A model generated the notes under the pieces. The model saw only the letters and a program-made list of their open reading frames with translations, made no database searches and was not told the origin of the DNA. DNA of 58,664 nucleotides, the filler included, from Sphacelaria rigidula (taxonomy: Eukaryota): the NCBI GenBank assembly GCA_964200075.2. It is 10 parts of 10 records of this genome, joined end to end, with 100 filler letters (N's around TTAATTAATTAA, not from the genome) between each part and the next. Parts side by side here need not be neighbours in the genome. Positions count along the whole stretch, not along the records: positions 47,013 to 52,788 come from CAXNAA020024556.1; positions 52,889 to 58,664 come from CAXNAA020024557.1; 8 more parts are not named here. One strand, 5' to 3'. The first letter of the stretch is position 1, and each line of letters opens with the position of its first letter. Of this stretch, positions 50,978 through 58,664 are shown one piece after another. The position numbers were made by a program, and so were the translations under genes.

Positions 50978-52788
50978 ATGGCTCAAGCAGCGGCAACGCC
51001 GCTGGTGTGAGGCGAGCCGCTGGATCCGCCAAAGTATGGCGAGGTGTGGACTAAGGAAGCATGACGCGTTTTGTACGCCGCTTATCTCGACTACGAAGAG
51101 CGTTTGTACCTTGCAAATGCGCAAGGAGTTGTAACGCATCTTAAGGTGAGCATTGGACAATTCATCCCTACATGTATTCATCGGTGCTTTGAAGGCATGC
51201 ACCAGGATCGTCGTGCTTTGACCTCCGAGCAATTGCTAGATGCTGTGAAGCAGCATGCCGGGTACACAACAACCGGTGGCAAACATGATACTGGGCGGGC
51301 TGCAGCAGGCCTGCGTAGAGTGCTCACTACGATTCAGCAAAGCGGTGGAACATCGACCAAGAATAAAGCAATGGTGGTTAACTCATCGATGAAAAGGTTT
51401 TCAATGAAAATTTCACGATGCAAGCCATGTACCGTGCGGGGGACAGGCGCTGGTTGCCAGGCCCGGCCGAGTCCGTTTCCCCAGCTTTGGTGGACGGGAT
51501 TTCGCCTCCGTAATTCAAGGCGTATATCAGAAGCGTACTCATATATGTAGAAGGCTGGAAAAAGAATCCGACCGAGGTGTTTAACAAAATATTTGATGTC
51601 GCCGACCACTGGAAGTTTATTGAGGGGCATGGCCAGCGCGACTCTGCAGCAAGTGCAGGTGGTGCGCGCCGCAAACAACAACAGCAACAGAAACAGCAGC
51701 CGTCTTCGTGAGCATCGTCCACTCGCGCATGTAACAACTGCGGCGACAACGAACACCTGATAAAGGATTGCCCCAAGCCTCACGCTCAAGGCGCTGCTCA
51801 AGGAAATGCGCAAGATTGACCAGGACCTCGCAGCGGTCGCCACGGTGGGCGGGACCGTGCCAACCATGGACGCGGGCGCGGTGGCTGCGGTAGCCCGCAA
51901 TCAGCGGCGGATGGTGGTTCCTCCGCTGCTGTTTCTTTTACTACGTCATCAGGTGGTGACTCTGGACCCTCTGGTTCGTTCGTGTCGGGGCGGACAGTGT
52001 ACGTGGGAGGTGCAAATAATTCGATGGGGAGTGCTGGGGCGAATAGTTCACAACCCCTCGGCCAGGCAGGATCCGTGTCGGGTGCATCCCCTACTGCTGC
52101 GACTGCTGTAACAGCGCCGTCTGCATATTCAGCAACGTGGTCTGGGTGGACCGCAGATTCTCAATTATCGATGCCAAGTACGGGAGTGCAGCCCTAGCGT
52201 CAGGTGACTCTTGGTACCCAGCAGGGTTCTTCGACAGGTGTGGTGCCTGTTGATCGCAACGCAGAGTGTTTAAGCGCAGATCTTTTTTTGCCTGCTTCCG
52301 TAGGTTCGTTCATGGCCCGTGTTATCATGGATTCTTGGTCCGCGCTCACGTCGATCGTTTTGGGGTTGCTGGAACAAATGTCTTCGCAGTTTGGCGGCGC
52401 CCAGCTTTAGATTCCGTTCGAAAATGGACCGCGAACGGCGTAGACCGCCACGAGTACCCCCGTGACAGTTACACATGAAACGGTGCGGATTGCTGTTAGC
52501 GTGCGTACACCGTGAGGGGCTGTGGAGTTGCAGCCCATCACTTTCGCTGTCATGCCCGGCAGAGACAACGCGGTTCTGTTTGGGATGACGACGATAAAGG
52601 AGCTCGGGATCGACTTGTCGGTGCAAACCGGCGTGGAAAACCCCAGCTATCTCGCTGCGAGGCGTGTGACCGTAAACATACGGTCGTTTCAGGTAGTCAA
52701 TAAGGAGGAAGCTCCTGCGGATGAAGGAGTCATCCTACGATACGGGGGGGGGGTATTTGGTTGCACGAAAAAAGAGGCTCATAAGTGT
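50978..52788 (+). pseudogene. Decayed LTR retrotransposon (Ty3/Gypsy-like) gag-protease region
   Basis: ATG at 50978; CCHC zinc knuckle CNNCGDNEHLIKDC at 51730-51771; RG-rich linker; degenerate aspartic protease site RVIMDSWSALTSI (DSG-like) and FAVMPGRDNAVLFGMTTIKELGI; several stops and frameshifts. Confidence 0.8.
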
Positions 52789-53537
52789 NNNNNNNNNNNN
52801 NNNNNNNNNNNNNNNNNNNNNNNNNNNNNNNNTTAATTAATTAANNNNNNNNNNNNNNNNNNNNNNNNNNNNNNNNNNNNNNNNNNNNGGTTTGAGTCGT
52901 GAAAAATTTGTGGTGGATTTTGAGTGCCTAGTGGTGTTTTTTTTGGGTGGGGGGGGGGGGGTGGGTTGGGGGGGGGGGGGGGGGGCTGTCGGGGCATCTC
53001 TCCCTGCCCGCTTGCGTGTGCAATTATGTGTGCTGCTGGATGTGATGATTTTGGGGGTGGGGGCGTACTCATTTGTCTGATGATTTTTTTTGGGGGGGGG
53101 TACTCATTTGTTGCTTGCCTTATTAATGGTCGTTTGACCATTGACCACGCATTCCTTTCGAGACGAAGCACCAGTTTTGGGGGGTGATATCGTGGTTGGG
53201 CCACGCTGTTTAAGTACACCACATACATGGCGGCGAAAGTGACCGCTAGGCATTCATTCACTGCGGCAGGAAGAGTCACAAGTAGGCTTCTATGCAGGCG
53301 CACATTACTTCGCTCCTGTGGACACACACCTCCGATTGACCAACGTGTCCCATTTATTCATTACATGGAGTTTTCTTTTACCCTACCGCGCGCGTGTATC
53401 GCACCTTGATGTGCTGCTTGCTGCGTGTGCTCGATCGGTGGGCGCGTGTGTTGTGAATCATCACACACTTCCTATGGAATGATGCCACGTTACGGGGACC
53501 GCCATATACTTCAGCGTAATGGCAAGACGCACCGCAG

Positions 53538-55326
53538 GCAAACCCGCTCCTGTCGTTCGGGCGATTTTTCGGAGGATGCAGGGCGCTGGCATGAACCGAC
53601 GAGCAGCCCTGGCTTCCACAGCAAGAGCACCTCGTCACCGTCGCTGCAGTCTCGGCAACGACAGAGCTTCCGCGAGACAGCGAAGGTCGGTGACACCTTG
53701 AGGTGCATTGCATTCACCTCGTATTCTGCGGGTCCGAAGCATTCGCTTTTTGATGTGGGGAATGACGGATGTTACCCTTTATATATATCTATATATGTAT
53801 GTATATTTAATTGCTTTATTTTTGCGTGCTCCACTTTGTCTGAGCTAAAAACTGTTTCGATCTCTGTCTCTGTCTCTCTGTCTCTTTGTCTCTGTCTCTC
53901 TCTCGTTCTCGCTCTCTCGCTCTCTCCCTTTCTTGTGTTTTCAATCAAAATGTTCACACAGCAGAAAAGTGTAAAAAAAAAAGTGTGCGAAAAAATGTGC
54001 AAAAAAAAGCGTTCATAGAGTGCTTGCGCGAACATATGTTCATTCGTCAGTTCACGATTTATCGTGTATGGCTGTTAGCGGTGGAGAAGCAGCAGCAGCA
54101 ACAGCAGCAGTACAGCAGCAGCTGCAGTACTCCACTTGCTCCTCAGTGCTATTGGAATTGACGGCGGTACAAGTTATGCTCTTTTTTCGCTACTCTGAGT
54201 TTTCCGCACCTCGAGCACTTCCTCGGCATGCTCGACCTTTTCCCGAAGTTCACGAAGACAAGTTGCTGGTTTTCAAAACTGATCTAACAACCATCGTTAC
54301 CCAATCAGTGGACTAGCGATGCGGACAGAAAATAATTGGAAGCATAAAATCTAGTATCGGTCGATGTGTTAGCACCCGTGTAGACGTGACTTAACTGTTG
54401 ATACTCACAGCCGTCGTTCACGTGACTTCTGAAAATTTTTGGCATGACAGTGCTGTGTTGAAGTGCAGGATAGTGTACTCTATTGTGCTGTGCTGTACTG
54501 TACTATTTTTTCTTTTTTTTGTCACGTTTTTTAAAATCAGGTCCCGTTCCCTTCCTCGAGACGAGTCCGTGATCTAAAGAGATCAATCGAACCATCTCTC
54601 CACCGGTACACGAATGACATTTTTGGTCTCGCGGATTGGAATCAGCACGCTGGCATCGAACAAACTCAGCCATACATCCTCTTTTTGCCAAGTTCGCCTC
54701 CTCACGCCTTCGCCGGTGGAAATCCCATGTTTCGAAGGAAAAACCCACGCCCTGGATGATGACCATATATGGTCAATAGATGCATTAGACAATCAACGTG
54801 CTGGGTAAAATATAGGCCTATTGCAACTATTGTCGACTGGTAATAGTTGCAACAGGCCTATACTTTACCCAGTACATTTTTGCCTATTGCATCTATTGAC
54901 CATATATTGTCATGAAAAACCCACACCCTGAATGATGACAATATATGGTCAATATCTGCAATAGACAAACAATGTACTGGGTAAAGTATAGGCCTGTTGC
55001 AACGAATGTCGAGTGGTGATCGTTGCAATAGGCCTATACTTTACCCAGTACATTTTTCGCCTATTGCATCTATTGACTATATATTGTCCTTATCTAACGT
55101 GTGGAAAGGTCCAAATGCATTTAGCGGGAATCCAACCTGCGTTGTTTTTCCGCGAACGGTGTCGCTTGTACTATCTGCACCATCGCGGCGCGGCGCCTGT
55201 TCACATGAGGTACTCAGTGGTCGGCAGGCACCATCCGCATTATCATACTTTGAATCTTGTCAAGATATCCATTCACATTCGGTATCCGTAGTTCCTCCCG
55301 CAATGGTGCACCCACCCCGTTGAGCA

Positions 55327-55370
<44 letters not shown>

Positions 55371-57565
55371 GCACTTTGAACCCCCCCCCTTCCTCGGACG
55401 AGTCCGTGTTCTCAAGATATCATCCCATCTCTCCCCCGGTGGGTGTAGGACGACAAATGTGCTGTGTCCTATGTGCCGTTTGCTGCCCACGTATGGTCTG
55501 CGCTCTCTGCTGCTTGCTGGCGTGCAACATATCCTAGCCTCACGGCACCGTTGGAAAATGACAAAATGCGCGGTGCAGCATTTGAAAATGACCCATCCTC
55601 AGTAGACATTTGGTTACCATTCTAGCAGAAATGATCTACGAAACCTTTTGAGGACTTGCAGTCTGTCGCTTCGCACTGTTATATTGTGCTGTCTTTTTTC
55701 CCGTCATGTCTGCTTTTTTTGGCGGCGGGGGTGGGGGGGACGACATATCGAACTACACGCAATAACGCACAGGTCATCAAGAGGAAGATGGACAATGGTA
55801 CCGTCATCATCAATAAATACCAGATCGTCAGCGAACTCGGGAAAGGTTCATACGGCACGGTGCACCTTTGCAGAGACGGAGAAACCGGCCAGGTACGTTT
55901 TTTACAAAAAAAGGGATTATATTTTTCAAAAACGACCGTACGTCGGACAGCTCATGACCTAACTCATCGACGGTAACTCTTCGATCTGCTTTACAACAAC
56001 ACAAAATGCATGACAACACTCTTCTCACACAATGATGCCCAACAGTGGAGAGCGACTGTGTCGTGGGTACACAAAATTCGACTTGACGGTGTCGACGAGG
56101 GAAGGGGAGTGCTGAACCCCTCTTGGGATGAAAAATAGAGATGAAAATCGTTCGCCTCAACCATGCTCCGGACGAACACTCGAGTTTGACGTAGACAGGC
56201 GTTACAAGTTCGTCCTGGCGGTTACTAGAAAAATTCAGAGAAGGAAGCTTTTGTCCGGAGACTATATCCAACCTATTCCGACTATACTCGTAGTGGTTCT
56301 CAGCCATCCTTGGGGTGGCAATGCCGGTCAGATAGGTGGAGAACATGGCGATATTAAAACGTGCTCATCTTAACTTCCTTGTACGAATAGTCGGAATATT
56401 TGCGTGAAATATTTCAAGTCGAAACTCAACCGCTATACTCGGGATGAAAATGAAATATAAAGAAAAAAAATCTTCATGTCGGAACAGTTTCCGGCCTCAC
56501 CGCAACGACAGTACAACATCTATTGGGGAAAATCCCACGGGCTCGTATATATCCCCCCGGGGACGTCTCGAACATCTCGACTGCGTTCGAAACGCTCTGT
56601 CAGCCACCTCATATTTCGTGCTCAACCTTTCATGTGGAAAAAATCAGAGCCCATTGTGTGGATGTACATCAGACACACTTGAAAAAAGTATTGGCATGCT
56701 CCGCCCTCCTCTTTGAACGGTTAATCGTCATGTCGGGCATGAGTGAGTGAGTGGTTGATTGATCGATTATATTGACTGTAGTACGTTAAGTGGTCCCCGA
56801 GGATTCTAGTCGCGGTGACAAGATGGACATATGTACAACATGTACCCTTGACGTGCAAAAATAGAAACGCTTGCTTATTGGAAACTCGAAGTAGGGAAGA
56901 GAGGAAGGATGGACAGAGGAGAACGGAGTCAAAGTGAACAAAAGCAATGGGAGCATACAAAATCTTTCGCTGACAAAAATCATAACTGCTGCTGTTGTTG
57001 TTGTTGTACGCGGTTCGGGGCACTGCGTAGTGTCCGTCTTGCTCCAAGCGTCGGGTGACTACGAGATACACTACACCGTTGTACTTATGTATTTGGTTGT
57101 ATTGTAGTGCATCACGAGAAACGCTTTGGCGGAAGGATGGTTGACTATCGCCCTTCCTGGTGAAACAACCAGCCAGCATTGTTTGTATTATTCGCGCCTT
57201 TATCCAGGGTGGTCCGTGTGTCTACGGCTGAAGCAAAAAACCAACCTCTCTTTTATTTACACGTATCGTCTCGTGTGTGCGTGGCGTCCGAATATCGGGG
57301 TGTCTGTCCGTGTTCGGGTGTGTATGCTTTGTTGTTCCTCTTGCAATGGCGCGCGTGCGTGGGGCGGGGGGGGGGGGGAACGGACCATCAGAAATACGCG
57401 ATGAAGGTGATCCAGAGGAGAAAGCGAGCGCAGCGGCCGGGGCAGCACCTCGCGGAGACGCTCCGACGAGAGGTGGCCGTGATGAAAAAGCTTCGACATC
57501 CCAACATCGTGACGCTCTGGGAGGTTATTGACGACCCGCGAGCGCAGCAGCTTTACTTGATCCAG
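53538..57565 (+). CDS. Ser/Thr protein kinase, CaMKK/GRIK (SnRK1/AMPK-activating kinase)-like; partial
   Basis: Exons 53538-53685 (less certain), 55773-55892 and 57392-57565 splice to ...FRETAK/VIKRKMDNGTVIINKYQIVSELGKGSYGTVHLCRDGETGQ/KYAMKVI...LRREVAVMKKLRHPNIVTLWEVIDDPRAQQLYLIQ. This covers the Gly-loop, the AMK lysine, the alphaC Glu and the EVIDDP motif typical of the CaMKK family. Confidence 0.92.
54505..54735 (-). mobile_element. SINE family 2, 5'-truncated copy in a kinase intron
   Basis: T-rich tail, then cccttcctcgagacgagtccgtg...ccatctctccaccggtac...ttggtctcgcggattgg, the reverse complement of 41195-41290. Confidence 0.7.
54738..55090. repeat. Two tandem ~176-bp units, each a ~155-bp hairpin
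   Basis: Units 54738-54913 and 54914-55090. In each, atatatggtcaata...ctgggtaaa.tataggcct.ttgcaac is followed, after a short loop, by gttgcaa.aggcctatactttacccag...tattgac.atatat. Confidence 0.9.
55328..55440 (-). mobile_element. SINE family 2 3' end with a long (GT)n tail
   Basis: (gt)n at 55328-55365 followed by cgcactttgaaccccccccttcctcggacgagtccgtgttctcaag. Confidence 0.7.
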
Positions 57566-58664
57566 GTACATGATACAGTTGGTGACATAGTAAATATGTC
57601 GAGCCTCAGGCATGGGGGCAACACCCTCGCCGGTTACAGACGTGAGCCGGTAAGACTCGGCGATGTGTGTTGAATTCCGTTGTGCGTATGTAGAGGTTTG
57701 GAAGCCTGCCGTTGTGATCTCAGGCGTGCGAGGCTCGCACGCCTCCTTCCGGCGACGCAAGGGTGGAGGTACCGCTCCTCGAGGAGTGAGGGGGTGATGG
57801 CATCGTGGGTCACAGCTGTGAGCCATTAGGACACGCGAGTGACCGTGTGCGTTCGTCCGCGTGTGTGATGATTGAAATGGACACGGGTCAGTCAGAGGAC
57901 AGATGCGCGGGACGGCTGATGAGCCGTCCGTTTCCATGGGACATGACAATACTGTACTCCGTTGGATAGGATAGATGGCTGCCCGACGTGACGGAGCACC
58001 CACTCCAGGGGGAAGGCCCCGGTCATGCATAAGGTTGTATCGGCGTGCGTGTGTGGGCGTTTTTGGACATGAACGTTGACATTTTTATTGGTGACTTTTT
58101 TTTTTCTTCCCACCAGGTCGTACCCCAACAACGTGTACCAACCCCCACCGTTCGTTCAAAATTGGAATGGTAAGTTAGCTGGCAATTACCGGCGATCTCG
58201 GCAGCTTCACTTTTGTCCAGGTCACTGCAGACAAATTCACAATACTGTCTCACGGTCACCTTTTTTTGTCCCACTCAAAATCGTGGAAGGAGAGAGAGCA
58301 GCAGAGTAAGCTGCTACAAGAAGAGAAGGTCATACAAAAATAATGCATGCCGGTCTGAAGCATGCAGCACCTATGAATGACACGCCAATAATATAAATGG
58401 TACTAAGAAGGCCGCTCGCACTACCGCCGGATGTGCCGACAATAACTTCTCGTCGTGGTGTGTGCTCTTTCCATTTACTTCATTTTCATGAATGCTAAAT
58501 ACAATAATACCACTACTCTGAACCCCTGGGGGGTCAGTAAAAGTGCGACAATCAATCAATCTATCAAGGGTCGGGTAAATCAATGATTCGTCTGAAAATA
58601 ACTTGGTTCTAGTGTAATTGATTCGAATCGTACGAATCAATCCCTGGGCTTTGTTTTCATCGTT

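Noticed and set aside
54085..54126. PolyQ/polyA coding exon
   Set aside because: It is a short imperfect CAG microsatellite in the inferred kinase intron without convincing splice sites.
57257..58030. 257-aa minus-strand ORF and most other ORF-track entries
   Set aside because: They are antisense shadows of real exons, repeat-derived frames or chance ORFs with no recognisable motifs.

Overview
Eukaryotic, intron-rich, repeat-dense DNA. A brown alga or related photosynthetic stramenopile is my inference, from a spliced nuclear plastid-type lepA, short exons in long GT-AG introns and roughly balanced GC; it is not proven. The window is not one locus. It is ten contigs of 5777 or 5776 bp, sorted by length and joined by an artificial N44-TTAATTAATTAA-N44 linker, so nothing can be inferred across the gaps. 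Spliced partial genes: an RCC1-repeat protein (7 exons), a dienelactone hydrolase family protein (3 C-terminal exons), plastid-type LepA/GUF1 (3 exons), a CaMKK/GRIK-like kinase (3 exons) and two signal-peptide-bearing proteins of unknown function. Much of the remainder is mobile DNA: two tRNA-headed SINE families, many MITE/foldback elements (Harbinger-like, hAT-like, Tc1/mariner-like and a perfect 90-bp palindrome with a 4-bp TSD) and decayed Ty3/Gypsy pieces. I found no CRISPR, rRNA or true tRNA, and no convincing new multi-gene system. The best leads are a ~700-bp near-perfect hairpin, a tandem pair of intronic hairpins, a young satellite built from a captured SINE fragment, and one-exon-per-blade organisation of the RCC1 gene.
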